A stretch of 64,000 nt of DNA from an uncultured Rikenellaceae bacterium (GTDB taxonomy: Bacteria; Bacteroidota; Bacteroidia; Bacteroidales; VadinHA17). Below are positions 50,924 to 61,638 of the stretch, one piece after another. Made by a program: the position numbers and the translations under genes. Numbering within the stretch: the stretch's first letter is position 1; every line of letters starts with the position of its first letter. Below the pieces are notes generated by a model, which saw only the letters and a list, made by a program, of their open reading frames with translations, was not told the origin of the DNA and searched no databases. Location of the stretch: assembly GCA_964383915.1 (NCBI GenBank), contig CAYLJE010000002.1, positions 1,035-65,034 of the forward strand. Reading direction: 5' to 3'.

Positions 50924-52141
50924 ATGTTAGATGTAAGAAAAATTCGCAACGATTTTCCCATACTTGAGGAAAAAGTATATGGAAAGCCTCTTGTTTACCT
51001 GGATAATGGAGCTACTACCCAAAAACCAAGTGTTGTACTCGAGGCAATTAAACGATTGTATAACCACGAAAACGGCAATGTCCACCGGGGGGTTCATCAC
51101 CTGAGTACGGTAACCACAGAAAACTATGAAGCAGCACGTGAGACCGTAAAGGATTTTATTCATGCGAAACATTCCCATGAAATTATTTTCACACAAGGAA
51201 CCACCAGCTCCATCAATGCGGTTGCTTTTTCTTTCGGAGAAAAATATGTACATGCCGGCGATGAAATTATAGTGTCCGAGATGGAACATCATGCCAATAT
51301 TGTTCCATGGCAGATGCTGTGTGAACGCAAGGGAGCCCGGTTAAAAGTACTTCCTGTGGACGACAAGGGAGACCTGATGCTGGATAAAATGGAGTCGTTG
51401 ATTTCTGAAAAAACGAAACTGGTAGCGGTGACTCATGTGTCCAATGTGTTAGGCACCATCAATCCCCTAAAAGAAATTGTTGTCATAGCGCATACGCATA
51501 ATATTCCTGTTCTGGTGGATGGAGCACAGGGCATCCAGCATGAAAAGGTGGATGTGCAGGTACTGGATTGTGATTTTTATGTCTTCTCGGGGCACAAAAT
51601 CTACGGTCCGACAGGCATCGGCGTACTATACGGTAAAGAGAAATGGCTCAACGAAATGCCTCCTTATCAGGGCGGTGGTGACATGATCAAAAAAGTAACA
51701 TTTGAAAAAACAACCTATATGGAACTGCCTTTAAAATTCGAGGCCGGGACCATGAATTATATCGGAGCCATTGGCCTGGGTAAAGCGCTCGAGTACATTC
51801 AGAAAATAGGGATGAATGATATAATTTCTTACGAAAATGAGCTGTTGGATTATGCAACGGAAAAATTAAGCAGTATCCAGGGATTAAAGATTTACGGGAC
51901 CTCTGAACATAAAACAGGGATTATCTCTTTTTTGATTGGAGATATCCATGCCTATGATACCGGAATGATCCTTGATAAACTCGGAATAGCGGTACGTACC
52001 GGCCATCATTGTGCCGAACCTATCACTGAAAAATTCGGTATCACCGGAACGGTAAGGGCTTCTTTTACTTTTTATAATACAAAAGAAGAGATAGACGTTC
52101 TTTATAACGGACTGTTGAAGGTCATTGAAATGCTTGGATAA
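50924..52141 (+). CDS. sufS: cysteine desulfurase, SufS subfamily
   Basis: 405 aa. PLP-lysine context FSGHKIYGPTGIG and the active-site loop RTGHHCAEP. Confidence 0.95.
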   Translation: MLDVRKIRNDFPILEEKVYGKPLVYLDNGATTQKPSVVLEAIKRLYNHENGNVHRGVHHLSTVTTENYEAARETVKDFIHAKHSHEIIFTQGTTSSINAVAFSFGEKYVHAGDEIIVSEMEHHANIVPWQMLCERKGARLKVLPVDDKGDLMLDKMESLISEKTKLVAVTHVSNVLGTINPLKEIVVIAHTHNIPVLVDGAQGIQHEKVDVQVLDCDFYVFSGHKIYGPTGIGVLYGKEKWLNEMPPYQGGGDMIKKVTFEKTTYMELPLKFEAGTMNYIGAIGLGKALEYIQKIGMNDIISYENELLDYATEKLSSIQGLKIYGTSEHKTGIISFLIGDIHAYDTGMILDKLGIAVRTGHHCAEPITEKFGITGTVRASFTFYNTKEEIDVLYNGLLKVIEMLG

Positions 52142-52159
52142 TCTTTAATTTATAGGAAA

Positions 52160-52591
52160 ATGAGTATCGAAGAAATACAAAAAGAAATTGTCGGGGAATT
52201 CAGCGTTTACGACGATTGGATGGATAAATACAATTATTTGATCGAATTGGCGAAAGAATTGCCTGTGATCGATCCCAAATACAAAACAGATCGGTATTTG
52301 ATAGATGGTTGTACCTCCAGGGTTTGGCTGCATGCAGAAATGGAGGGGGATCAGATGATTATTACAGCCGATAGCGATGCTATCATTACCAAAGGGATTG
52401 TGGCCCTTCTGGTACGGGTATTCTCCGAACATACGCCTGAGGAAATAAAGAATGCCGAATTGTATTTTCTGGATGATATCGGTTTAAAAGAGAACCTGTC
52501 CCCGACACGGGCCAACGGACTGCTGGCTATGATTCGTCAGATACGTATGTATGCCCTGGCTTATTATACCAAACAGCAAAAGGAGAAATAA
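52160..52591 (+). CDS. sufE: SufE-like sulfur acceptor protein
   Basis: 143 aa. Conserved Cys context YLIDGCTSRVWL. Confidence 0.9.
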   Translation: MSIEEIQKEIVGEFSVYDDWMDKYNYLIELAKELPVIDPKYKTDRYLIDGCTSRVWLHAEMEGDQMIITADSDAIITKGIVALLVRVFSEHTPEEIKNAELYFLDDIGLKENLSPTRANGLLAMIRQIRMYALAYYTKQQKEK

Positions 52592-52593
52592 CC

Positions 52594-52920
52594 ATGGATG
52601 AGAAAATAGACACCTTTGTACTGGAAGGGAAAATTGTTATTGAATTAAAAAATATCTATGACCCGGAAATCCCGGCGGTAAACATCTATGATCTTGGTTT
52701 GATTTATGAAATAGATGTCCGGGAAGATGGTACGGTAATGCTTAAAATGACACTGACAGCGCCCAATTGTCCCATTGCCGACCAGATTCTGAATGAGGTG
52801 GATCAACGGATACGGAATGTCCCGGGCGTAAAAGACATGGATCTTGTACTCACATTCGATCCCCCCTGGGATACAAACATGATGTCGGAAGAAGCCCAGT
52901 TAATGCTGGGCATGCTTTGA
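52594..52920 (+). CDS. SUF-associated DUF59/MIP18-family Fe-S assembly protein (SufT-like)
   Basis: 108 aa. DPEIPAVNIYDLGLIY and LTAPNCP motifs typical of DUF59 domains. Confidence 0.85.
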   Translation: MDEKIDTFVLEGKIVIELKNIYDPEIPAVNIYDLGLIYEIDVREDGTVMLKMTLTAPNCPIADQILNEVDQRIRNVPGVKDMDLVLTFDPPWDTNMMSEEAQLMLGML

Positions 52921-52964
52921 GACAAATCATAAGACCGCCTGAGAATAGAATAGCGTAAATATAA

Positions 52965-54569
52965 TTGGAACAGCCCCATAAAAAAACTAACTTGAGGGTG
53001 TTTTTTGATCCAATTATAAGGCAAATGAGTGTATCGGAGTCCGGTTACAGCTTGTTCAGAAAACAGGGAGTTTTCTTTTATATGCTGTTTTTTCTGGCTC
53101 TTTATGTATTGTTTCCTACCTGTAACTCCTCCCTTGATGCTTACAATTATGCTGCCGCCGTAAAATACGGAGAGCATCTCTTTACCCCGCATCATCTCCT
53201 GTATAATGCTTTGCTGTATGTTCTTCTTTATCCCGTGCGGACTGTTTTTCCATCTGTTGACGTATTGTCTGCCGGTAAAATGGTAAATGCTCTTTTTTCG
53301 GTGATCAGCCTGATTGTTATGAACGGGATCATGAAGAGACTCCGGACAAGTCACAGAGACCGTATCCTGTATTTGTCGATTATAGCATTTAGTTATGTTG
53401 TCTGGAGATATAGTTCCGAGAATGAGACCTATATTATCCCGGTAACATTCTCTCTGGCCGGTAGCTTTTTTTTTCTGGGTTATCTTCGGTCTCCCAATCG
53501 CTTGTTCTTCATTTTTTTAAGTGGTTTATTTGCATCACTGGCTTGCCTGATTCATCAGGTGCAGGTATTCTGGTGGCTGGGATTGTTAGCAGGAGTTGTG
53601 TTTTACAGGCAAAAGAAGCCGTTCCTTCCTGTTATTTCTTATGTCATCCCGGCCTTGATGGTGCCATTGGGTTATCTGCTGGTGATGGCTTTTGCCTCGA
53701 AACAACCGGTAACAACAGGAAACCTTTTAAGATTTGCCTTTTATGATTATTATAACGGGGTCGCACGACCCGGAGTTGGATGGCAAAATTTCTTTTTTAT
53801 TATCCTTAACAGTATCAGAATCTTTTACCAGATTCATACGGATATCTTATTATTCGTTAAAAAAAATATTTTATTTCTGCTTCCCTTGCTATTTATGGTT
53901 TATTTCCTTTATCTGTTGGTGAAATCCGCTTTTCAGCATACACTGTTAACCAAGGTGATGAACGTTGATTTTGTTTCTAAATATTTTGGGACGATTCACG
54001 GACTTATTTTTGGATTACAGTTTCTGTTTGCCTTTTTTTCTTCCGGAAATATTGAGTTTATGGTGATGCTTCCTTATCTTATCATTATTGTGGCTGCTGT
54101 GTTTCTTCGAATGAACCTGAAGATACTGACTATTTTGTCTATGACTTTACTTGTTTGGAATTTCGGATATGCCATTTATCCTGACCATATTTACCGGGAC
54201 TATAATGATGAAAAGCTTGTGGATTATATTATCAATCATCCGAAAGATGTTTTCCTTATCAGGAATCAGGATATGGTAAACCGGTATTATTATGCCACAG
54301 GGAAGGATAATTATAAAAATATTATACTGTACAAACAAATTAACAGCAGGGAAGAGCTAAAACGTTTTGCAGATACGACCGGTGTTTTTTATACGGATGT
54401 CATTGGGAAACCGGTTTCGTATGGCCGGGAATTTTTAACGGAGCGATTGCTTCCGGAAGAGGTATTTGACTCTTTATCGTTTATCCGGAAGCCTGTTTAT
54501 ACATACCGTGGTTTATACGGCATCACAACAGTGTACAAAATATCTTATAAAGAAAATGAAAGTCATTAA
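52965..54569 (+). CDS. polytopic membrane protein, GT-C-like glycosyltransferase candidate
   Basis: About 515-534 aa with more than 10 hydrophobic segments. An acidic/aromatic first-loop motif (SLDAYNYAAAV) is reminiscent of GT-C enzymes. C-terminal soluble domain. The start is uncertain (TTG 52965 or ATG 53025). No family firmly recognised. Confidence 0.4.
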   Translation: MEQPHKKTNLRVFFDPIIRQMSVSESGYSLFRKQGVFFYMLFFLALYVLFPTCNSSLDAYNYAAAVKYGEHLFTPHHLLYNALLYVLLYPVRTVFPSVDVLSAGKMVNALFSVISLIVMNGIMKRLRTSHRDRILYLSIIAFSYVVWRYSSENETYIIPVTFSLAGSFFFLGYLRSPNRLFFIFLSGLFASLACLIHQVQVFWWLGLLAGVVFYRQKKPFLPVISYVIPALMVPLGYLLVMAFASKQPVTTGNLLRFAFYDYYNGVARPGVGWQNFFFIILNSIRIFYQIHTDILLFVKKNILFLLPLLFMVYFLYLLVKSAFQHTLLTKVMNVDFVSKYFGTIHGLIFGLQFLFAFFSSGNIEFMVMLPYLIIIVAAVFLRMNLKILTILSMTLLVWNFGYAIYPDHIYRDYNDEKLVDYIINHPKDVFLIRNQDMVNRYYYATGKDNYKNIILYKQINSREELKRFADTTGVFYTDVIGKPVSYGREFLTERLLPEEVFDSLSFIRKPVYTYRGLYGITTVYKISYKENESH

Positions 54570-54721
54570 TATCTAAAACGACAGGCACAGGCGGTCCATG
54601 ACAAACTTTTTCTTTTCAGCGTTTGGATTTTTGACGTTTTATCAAAGGGATGCTTGTTTATTCTTCTGATATATCAAATGATTTTTTAAATTTGATATTA
54701 TTTTTTAATGATATTTGGAAA

Positions 54722-55561
54722 ATGTCAGAAGAGATTTCACTCATAGATATAGAAAAGGCCATTGCAGATAAAAATCCGAGGTTACTGAAAGTACTGCCTC
54801 GTTTTGTCATTCGATATTTAAAACGAATCACCCATCAGGATGAACTAAATAAATTTCTGAGTCAATATGGTCATCTGGAGGGTCTTCCTCTTGTGGAGAA
54901 AGCGTTGGATTTCATGGGAACTACTTATGTAACAGAAGGACTTGAAAATATTCCAGGAGAAGGTCGTTTTATTTTTGCATCCAATCATCCTTTGGGAGGG
55001 CTGGACGGACTGGTTTTTATCAAGGTTATTGGAAGTATTTTTCCCGAGGTCAGGTTTCCTGTAAATGACCTTCTTTTAAATATAGGTAACATGGATACCG
55101 TCTTCCTCCCGATAAACAAACATGGAGCACAGAGCCGGAAGGCGGTAAGTGCCATTGAAGAAGCATATGCATCTGATGCACAGATTCTTTATTTTCCGGC
55201 AGGATTATGTTCAAGGAAAATAAAAGGAAAAATTATTGACCTGGAATGGCAAAAACATTTTATTTCCAAAGCCATTAAATATAAAAGAGATATAATCCCA
55301 ATCTGTTTTTTAGGGAAGAATTCTAAATTTTTCTATAATCTGGCTAACCTCCGTGTTCTTTTAGGGATTAAATCAAATATTGAAATGATTTATCTTCCGA
55401 ATGAAATGTTTAAACAACGCGGGAAGAAATTATTATTGAAAGTAGGTCAGCCGATTTCATATACATTTTTCGATAAATCCCGTTCAATAAAAGAATGGGC
55501 TGCGTATGTAAAAGATATCGTTTATTCAATCGGGAGCACCATTAATAAGCCAATCGATTAA
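54722..55561 (+). CDS. lysophospholipid/1-acyl-glycerol-3-phosphate-type O-acyltransferase (GlsA/OlsA-like)
   Basis: PlsC-type acyltransferase motif SNHPLGGLDG and FPAGLCSR. The likely start is MSEEISLIDIEK at 54722. Paired with the following N-acyltransferase. Confidence 0.65.
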   Translation: MSEEISLIDIEKAIADKNPRLLKVLPRFVIRYLKRITHQDELNKFLSQYGHLEGLPLVEKALDFMGTTYVTEGLENIPGEGRFIFASNHPLGGLDGLVFIKVIGSIFPEVRFPVNDLLLNIGNMDTVFLPINKHGAQSRKAVSAIEEAYASDAQILYFPAGLCSRKIKGKIIDLEWQKHFISKAIKYKRDIIPICFLGKNSKFFYNLANLRVLLGIKSNIEMIYLPNEMFKQRGKKLLLKVGQPISYTFFDKSRSIKEWAAYVKDIVYSIGSTINKPID

Positions 55562-55598
55562 CTTTGCAGAAAAGTAATTATAGAAAAGTTGCCATATC

Positions 55599-56537
55599 AT
55601 GGAAGAAATAATACCGGCAGTACCAAAAAAGCTGATAAAAAATGAGCTTACCCGTGATAAATTAATCAGAAAGACAAACAACGGAGGGAATGAGGTTTAC
55701 ATCTTTAGTTACCTGGATTCTCCTAATCTGATGCGTGAACTGGGTCGTCTCAGAGAGATTAGTTTCCGTGAAGCCGGAGGTGGTACCGGTAAAAGCCTGG
55801 ATATTGATGAATATGATCTGGGAGATTATCCTTATAAACAATTAATTGTCTGGGATCCGGTTGAAGAAGAAATTATTGGAGGATACCGTTATTTTATCTG
55901 CCGTGAGAATGCAGATCCTTCAAAACTGGCGACCTCCCATCTTTTTAGATTTAGTGAAAAATTCATTAAAGAATATATGCCCTTTCTGGTCGAACTGGGA
56001 AGATCTTTTATACAACCTTCTTATCAGCGTACAGGGAAATCTGCAAGGAAAGGAATATTTGCCCTCGACAATCTGTGGGATGGATTAGGTGCTGTAATTA
56101 TTGATAATCCGGATGTAAGATATTTCTTTGGGAAAATGACTATGTACCCGCATTTCCATAAAAAAGCCCGTAATCTCATCTTATATTTTCTGGATAATTA
56201 TTTTGGAGACCGGGAAAATCTCATTGTCCCCATTGAAAAACTGCACCCGGAATACGACAAAAAGGCAATGGAAAAAATATTCCCCGGAACGAATTATCTT
56301 GAAGATTATAAAATCTTGTCCCAGATTGTCAGGGAAATGAGAGAAAATATTCCTCCTCTGTTTAATGCGTATATGAATCTGTCTCCCACCATGAAAGTCT
56401 TTGGCACAGTTATTAATCATGAATTCGGGGATGTGGAAGAAACCGGATTAATGATTACCCTGAGAGATCTTTATATCAAAAAAGTAAACAGACATCTTGC
56501 TTCTTATGATGAGAATTTTCGTTTGGCCGGAGACTGA
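55599..56537 (+). CDS. hemolysin-like GNAT-family N-acyl amino acid synthase (GlsB/OlsB-like)
   Basis: 312 aa. LRELGRLREISFREAGGGTGKSLDIDEYD and ELGRSFIQPSYQ match the OlsB/N-acyl amino acid synthase pattern. Confidence 0.65.
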   Translation: MEEIIPAVPKKLIKNELTRDKLIRKTNNGGNEVYIFSYLDSPNLMRELGRLREISFREAGGGTGKSLDIDEYDLGDYPYKQLIVWDPVEEEIIGGYRYFICRENADPSKLATSHLFRFSEKFIKEYMPFLVELGRSFIQPSYQRTGKSARKGIFALDNLWDGLGAVIIDNPDVRYFFGKMTMYPHFHKKARNLILYFLDNYFGDRENLIVPIEKLHPEYDKKAMEKIFPGTNYLEDYKILSQIVREMRENIPPLFNAYMNLSPTMKVFGTVINHEFGDVEETGLMITLRDLYIKKVNRHLASYDENFRLAGD

Positions 56538-56550
56538 TGAGGAAGTCCCC

Positions 56551-58449
56551 TTAATAAGCCCGCTCGTTGCGTCCTTCTATATAATTAACAAATGATTTGT
56601 TTACCACCCTGTTTCCTCCCGGGGTTGGATAGTTGCCCGTGAAATACCAGTCTCCGAGATTCTTGGGACAGGCTTTATGAAGATTTTCAATGCTTTGGTA
56701 GAGAACACTTACTTTTGTCTGAACTTCAGCAGTTCTCAGCAGGAAAGCAATTTTATCCGATATCTGTTCTGCGGTAAAAGGATGGTAAATTTCTTTTACA
56801 TAATTAGGTATTTTTTCCCTGGGGAGTTTATCCTGCTCCCGGGCTTTCAGGTAAACACTGTTGATGATATCTTCCTGCCTGTTTTCTTTCAACAATTCTA
56901 TGGCCGCTTTAAAAGCAATAAAATCGGATAATTTCGCCATATCTATTCCGTAACAATCCGGATATCTTAACTGAGGGGAAGAGGAGACTACAATAATTTG
57001 TTTTGGGTGTAAACGGTCGAGGATACGAATAATACTTTCCCTTAAAGTGGTTCCACGGACAATAGAATCATCTATAACAACCAGGTTATCCTTAAAATCC
57101 CGGATAATACCATAGGTGACATCATATACATGCCCTACCAAATCCTTTCTTCCGGCATCCTGCGCAATGAAAGTTCTCAGTTTGATGTCTTTAACCGCAA
57201 CTTTTTCCACCCGTGGGCGGGCCTGGATAATTTTTTCTACCTTTTGTGGATCCAGCGGCGTAGGCAGGGTCATGATCTTATGAATTTTCTCTTTGTTTAT
57301 TTCATCCTCAATGCCTTTTATCATTCCGTAAAATGCCGATTCGGCCGTATTCGGGATATATGAAAACACCGTATTCTCCAGGTCATGATCCAGTATTTTT
57401 GTTAGTGGTGGCACCAATAATCGTCCCAGTTCTTTTCTTTCATTATAAATCTCAGCATCACTGCCACGGGAGAAATAGATGCGTTCAAAAGAACAGGATC
57501 TGATAAGGTTCGATTCCCGTATCTGTTTCAGGCTGGTATCTCCGTTTTTTTTAATAATTAATGCTTTCCCCGGAGGAAGTTCTTTAACCTCCTCATAAGG
57601 AACGTTCAGTGCTGTTTGTATAACAGGCCGTTCTGAGGCGCTAACAGCAATATCTTCATTTTCATAGTAAAATGCAGGACGGATACCCCATGGATCCCTC
57701 ATTACAAACGAATCTCCGTGTCCGATCATTCCGGTTATTACGTACCCTCCATCCCATCGTTTACTTGCTTTCCTGAGAATATTTGCAACATCCAGATGCT
57801 TTTCGATCATCGGAGTTATTTCAAAGTTACTATGTCCCTGGTTTTTAAATTTTCTAAACAGGGTTTCATTTTCCTCATCCAGGAAATGCCCCATGTTCTC
57901 CAATACGGTAACCGTATCTGAGAAATCTTTTGGCGTTTGTCCGATATCAATCAGGCTTTGGAACAATTCCCCGGTATTGGTCATGTTAAAGTTTCCCGCC
58001 AGGACAAGATTTCTGGATCTCCAGTTATTTTCCCGCATTACCGGATGCACATGTTCGATATTGTTTTTTCCAAATGTTCCGTAACGCAGATGGCCCATGT
58101 ATAATTCTCCTGCAAAAGGAATGTTTTCTTTTGCCCAGACAGGATCCTGTATCAATTCGGCATGATGACCTTCCCCTGATAGTTTTTTATGTATTTTATC
58201 AAACACATCCTGGATAGAATTATCCGAGTTGGAGCGATATCTGTGTAAATATTTCTTACCGGGAGACACATCCATTTTCAAACATACGGCTCCGGCGCCA
58301 TCCTGCCCCCGGTTATGTTGTTTTTCCATCAGCAGATACAACTTATTCAATCCGTATTGCCAGGATCCGTAATTGATGCGGTAATACTCCAGGTTTTTTT
58401 TCAGCCTGATCAGGACAATTCCACATTCATGTTGCAATGTATCACTCAT
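56551..58449 (-). CDS. purF: amidophosphoribosyltransferase, long form
   Basis: 632 aa. Ntn-type N-terminus ending in CGI (MSDTLQHECGIV). PRTase motif VVIDDSIVRGTT. Confidence 0.85.
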   Translation of the reverse strand: MSDTLQHECGIVLIRLKKNLEYYRINYGSWQYGLNKLYLLMEKQHNRGQDGAGAVCLKMDVSPGKKYLHRYRSNSDNSIQDVFDKIHKKLSGEGHHAELIQDPVWAKENIPFAGELYMGHLRYGTFGKNNIEHVHPVMRENNWRSRNLVLAGNFNMTNTGELFQSLIDIGQTPKDFSDTVTVLENMGHFLDEENETLFRKFKNQGHSNFEITPMIEKHLDVANILRKASKRWDGGYVITGMIGHGDSFVMRDPWGIRPAFYYENEDIAVSASERPVIQTALNVPYEEVKELPPGKALIIKKNGDTSLKQIRESNLIRSCSFERIYFSRGSDAEIYNERKELGRLLVPPLTKILDHDLENTVFSYIPNTAESAFYGMIKGIEDEINKEKIHKIMTLPTPLDPQKVEKIIQARPRVEKVAVKDIKLRTFIAQDAGRKDLVGHVYDVTYGIIRDFKDNLVVIDDSIVRGTTLRESIIRILDRLHPKQIIVVSSSPQLRYPDCYGIDMAKLSDFIAFKAAIELLKENRQEDIINSVYLKAREQDKLPREKIPNYVKEIYHPFTAEQISDKIAFLLRTAEVQTKVSVLYQSIENLHKACPKNLGDWYFTGNYPTPGGNRVVNKSFVNYIEGRNERAY

Positions 58450-58550
58450 AGATTTGTCAAATTATGCAATCTGATAACCCGCCAAAATTAGGGATAATTC
58501 CGACGCTAACGAAGAAAATAAAATTTCATTAGAGCATTTTTGACGAAACA

Positions 58551-59015
58551 TCAATCAATGTTGGGGAATTTAATGATATCCTTTACAATATAAGCAGTTG
58601 GATATTTCTTTTTAATTTCCTGAAAAACTTTTAAAGCATTACTTTTTGTTCTGAAATCACCTATCCTCACTTTGTAAAAAGGGGATTGGTATAATATATA
58701 GACAGGATAATCCGGGAATGATGATAAAAAATCAGCTTTTAACCGGATAGCTTGTTCCCGGGCAGCAGGTCCTGAATTAAAAAAAAGCTGTATGCGATAG
58801 CCGTCTATTCCCCTTTTCCTTTTGTTCTGGCGTATGTGACGTTCAATAATCGAGGATATCCTGGCATCCTGCCGGATCGTAATTGTTCCTTCCTGCAACC
58901 TCTCATCCTTGTTATTTATCCCTGTTTTATCCTGGGAATATGCTACAAAAGATAGGAATAAGGCGCTGAGAAAAAAAAAGAAGATTGCTTTGCGTCTCAT
59001 TTTAAAATTTTGCAT
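58551..59015 (-). CDS. SPOR domain-containing protein
   Basis: 154 aa. Signal/anchor sequence, then a SPOR-like fold (YRIQLFF...YKVRIGDFRTKSNALKVFQEIKKKYPTAYIV). Confidence 0.75.
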   Translation of the reverse strand: MQNFKMRRKAIFFFFLSALFLSFVAYSQDKTGINNKDERLQEGTITIRQDARISSIIERHIRQNKRKRGIDGYRIQLFFNSGPAAREQAIRLKADFLSSFPDYPVYILYQSPFYKVRIGDFRTKSNALKVFQEIKKKYPTAYIVKDIIKFPNID

Positions 59016-59844
59016 AGGACGGATGAATACTTAATACAGGAATAGGAGAATGATTCACCATCTCCTGTGCTTCACTACTCAAATACATTCTCATTGGATT
59101 TCCACGATGGTTACTTACCATGGATATTAACTGGGCTTCTGCATGTACTGCATAGGCGATGGTCAAATCGGCAACATCACTACCTTTGAAAGAATCTCTT
59201 AAGGTCTTAACCCCTCTTTTTTCAAGATAATCTGCAGATTGGTCTGCATATTTGTTTAATCGTGCAATAATATCTTTGTTATTGGTCTCGCGTACATCAA
59301 TCACATGGACTTCCGCTTTAAATATTTTAGCCAGATCACAGGTGTAAGGGACCTTTACTCTGGTGTCTTGTCGGGCATCGATCGGTAAAACAATTTTATT
59401 GATAAGCATTTTTTTGAAGCCATTACGGATAGTCATTACCGGACAAGGTGCTTTACAAACCACACGGTAAGCATTACTCCCTAACCAAAATTCTTCAAAG
59501 CCCGATATCCCATGTGTCCCCATTACGATCATCTTTGAATGATCCTTCTCTGACTGATCTGTAATCCCCTTATAAATCCGGCCTTCCCGGATTACATAAT
59601 CAAAAGTGCCTCCTCCCTTGTATTTGGGTTTGTATCCTGATATGATATCTTCACAGAAATCTTCGGTTGTTTTAATGTAAGCTTTGTCTGTTCCTTCAAG
59701 AATAAAAGGTTTATCATAATTCTTATCTTTACGTACATGAACAATGCGTAAATTTAACATGAACGTATTCGCAAGGAAGATCGCATGATCCAGTGCATTC
59801 ATGGAGTCTTTTGAAAAATCGACAGGAACAAGTATGTTTTGCAT
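59002..59844 (-). CDS. universal stress protein, tandem Usp domains
   Basis: Two Usp-like halves (ILVPVDFS...MGTHGISG and IVLPIDAR...). The likely start is MQNILVPVDFS at 59844; the ORF track uses TTG 59871. Confidence 0.8.
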   Translation of the reverse strand: MQNILVPVDFSKDSMNALDHAIFLANTFMLNLRIVHVRKDKNYDKPFILEGTDKAYIKTTEDFCEDIISGYKPKYKGGGTFDYVIREGRIYKGITDQSEKDHSKMIVMGTHGISGFEEFWLGSNAYRVVCKAPCPVMTIRNGFKKMLINKIVLPIDARQDTRVKVPYTCDLAKIFKAEVHVIDVRETNNKDIIARLNKYADQSADYLEKRGVKTLRDSFKGSDVADLTIAYAVHAEAQLISMVSNHRGNPMRMYLSSEAQEMVNHSPIPVLSIHPSYAKF

Positions 59845-59920
59845 AATATTCGGATTTTGTTGATTTGTCAAGTAATCAAAAATAGAAAATAGTTTTTATA
59901 AAATCAAAAAGAGGAAGTAA

Positions 59921-60394
59921 TTATCTGAAAACAGGAACTTTACTTTTTTTATCAAAATGGATATTTTTGAACAGTATCCACGAACGGACACACAAGTTCC
60001 CTTTTATCTCTATATCGATCCTGCCATTATGAAAAGCAGAAACAAAGAGCGCTTTCCAGATTATTCCCATATTCTCATGTTGTATTTTAAGCGGAATACT
60101 GTATTTTTCATCACTTTCAGGCGGCATAATTAATTTTTCTTCAGTAGTAATAGTCCCTGCTTTTGTTGAGTTGATATAAATATCTGCTGATACATTTCTT
60201 ACAATAACTTTTCGGGAAGAATTGTTTTCGATGTCCATCACGATGTCCAGAAGGATGAACCCGTCATGCAACTCTTTGATTTTTACAGAAGAAATATTCC
60301 CTGGCTGTACATCCCACATTCCCGAGCAGGCAGCCAGAGAGAACAATGAGAAAAAGAGCAGGGCATAGAAAGAAAACCTTTTCGTGAACGTCAT
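59921..60394 (-). CDS. lipoprotein, LEA14/LEA_2-like (NDR1/HIN1-like fold) candidate
   Basis: Lipobox SLAAC. An immunoglobulin-like beta pattern (FILLDIVMDIENNSSRKVIVRNVSADIYINSTKAGT) resembles LEA type 2 domains. Confidence 0.45.
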   Translation of the reverse strand: MTFTKRFSFYALLFFSLFSLAACSGMWDVQPGNISSVKIKELHDGFILLDIVMDIENNSSRKVIVRNVSADIYINSTKAGTITTEEKLIMPPESDEKYSIPLKIQHENMGIIWKALFVSAFHNGRIDIEIKGNLCVRSWILFKNIHFDKKSKVPVFR

Positions 60395-60462
60395 AATCAA
60401 TAATTTCGGTCTGGTATCGAATGCAACGGGAAGAAAGCCGGATAACTGTGGAACCCTTATGA

Positions 60463-61209
60463 TTAACTTTCTTCGAGTGCCTGCATCAGTTCATCGGTCA
60501 TTTCAAGGTTGTGATAGACATTTTGCACATCGTCATCATCCTCGAAATCTTCTACCATCCTGAGTATTTTCATAGCATCTTCAACCTCCAGCTTTTTAGC
60601 GGTTACAGGGACTCGTTCCAACTCGGCGTTTTCAGGTTGAATTCCCATTTCGTCCAGTTTCTTTTGAATATTCCCAAAATCTTCCAGGGCACATGTGACC
60701 ACCATGGAATCTGCTGCATCTTCTATTTCTTCTGCTCCGGCATCAATGAGTTCCAGCTCAAATTCCTCAGGGTCAAAATCTGCTTTGGGAATTGTAAACA
60801 CTCCTTTTCGTTCAAAAACATATTTTAATGAACCGTTGGTTCCGAGGCTCCCGCCGCGCTTGGTAAAAATAGAACGTATATTACTGACGGTGCGGTTTTT
60901 ATTGTCTGTAAGACATTCGATAAAAATACCCACCCCATTGGGAGCATATCCTTCAAAAGTGATCTCCTGAAAATTTGCTCCGTCAGCAGAAGCTTTTGAA
61001 ATAGCACGTTCGATATTATCTTTGGGCATATTGGTCCCCTTGGCATTCTGAACAGCAAGCCTCAGCCTCGGATTGGAATCAGGGTCAGGTCCTCCCTCCC
61101 GTGTTGCAATTTGTATTTCCTTTACCAGTTTTGAAAATATCTTTGATCTTTTTGCATCCGCTGCCCCCTTTTTTCTTTTTATGGTTGACCATTTGCTATG
61201 TCCTGACAT
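60463..61209 (-). CDS. yebC: YebC/PmpR family DNA-binding transcriptional regulator
   Basis: 248 aa. Starts MSGHSKWSTIKRKKGAADAKRSKIF, the family hallmark. Confidence 0.95.
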   Translation of the reverse strand: MSGHSKWSTIKRKKGAADAKRSKIFSKLVKEIQIATREGGPDPDSNPRLRLAVQNAKGTNMPKDNIERAISKASADGANFQEITFEGYAPNGVGIFIECLTDNKNRTVSNIRSIFTKRGGSLGTNGSLKYVFERKGVFTIPKADFDPEEFELELIDAGAEEIEDAADSMVVTCALEDFGNIQKKLDEMGIQPENAELERVPVTAKKLEVEDAMKILRMVEDFEDDDDVQNVYHNLEMTDELMQALEES

Positions 61210-61638
61210 ATTTCAAATTGTTTAAGTTTTGACAAAAATAAGAAAACGGCTTGCAAAAATAAAATATCATATCATTTTCTCCAGGTAGTAATGTCCCGGG
61301 AAAACTTCGGTAAGTGACTTATCTGATATCATCAGAAACATTCATCCGTTCGTGTTTCCGGTTTCAACATAACCCCATATGACATAATAACGGACTTCTT
61401 CTCCTAAAAAGTGTAACCACAATTTTTTGTTTTGGACCATGATATAAATTTTCCCTTTATAAATAATAAAAGCGGAAAAATTATGACATAACTACGTAGT
61501 ATGCTGGCGCTGTTCTAATTTATGAATCAATATGCAAACCAAGGTATAGTGGATCATATTAGAAATTATCAATCCCAAAATTCCAATTTGCCAAGCATCT
61601 CAGACAGGCATTGAAATACCTGTCTGTAAAAAAATACT

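Noticed and set aside
61522-61614. 30-aa + strand ORF MNQYANQGIVDHIRNYQSQNSNLPSISDRH inside the IR-bounded segment
   Set aside because: It is short, with no recognisable features. Its stop falls inside a hairpin, which is suggestive but insufficient evidence. It is mentioned only as something ribosome profiling could test.
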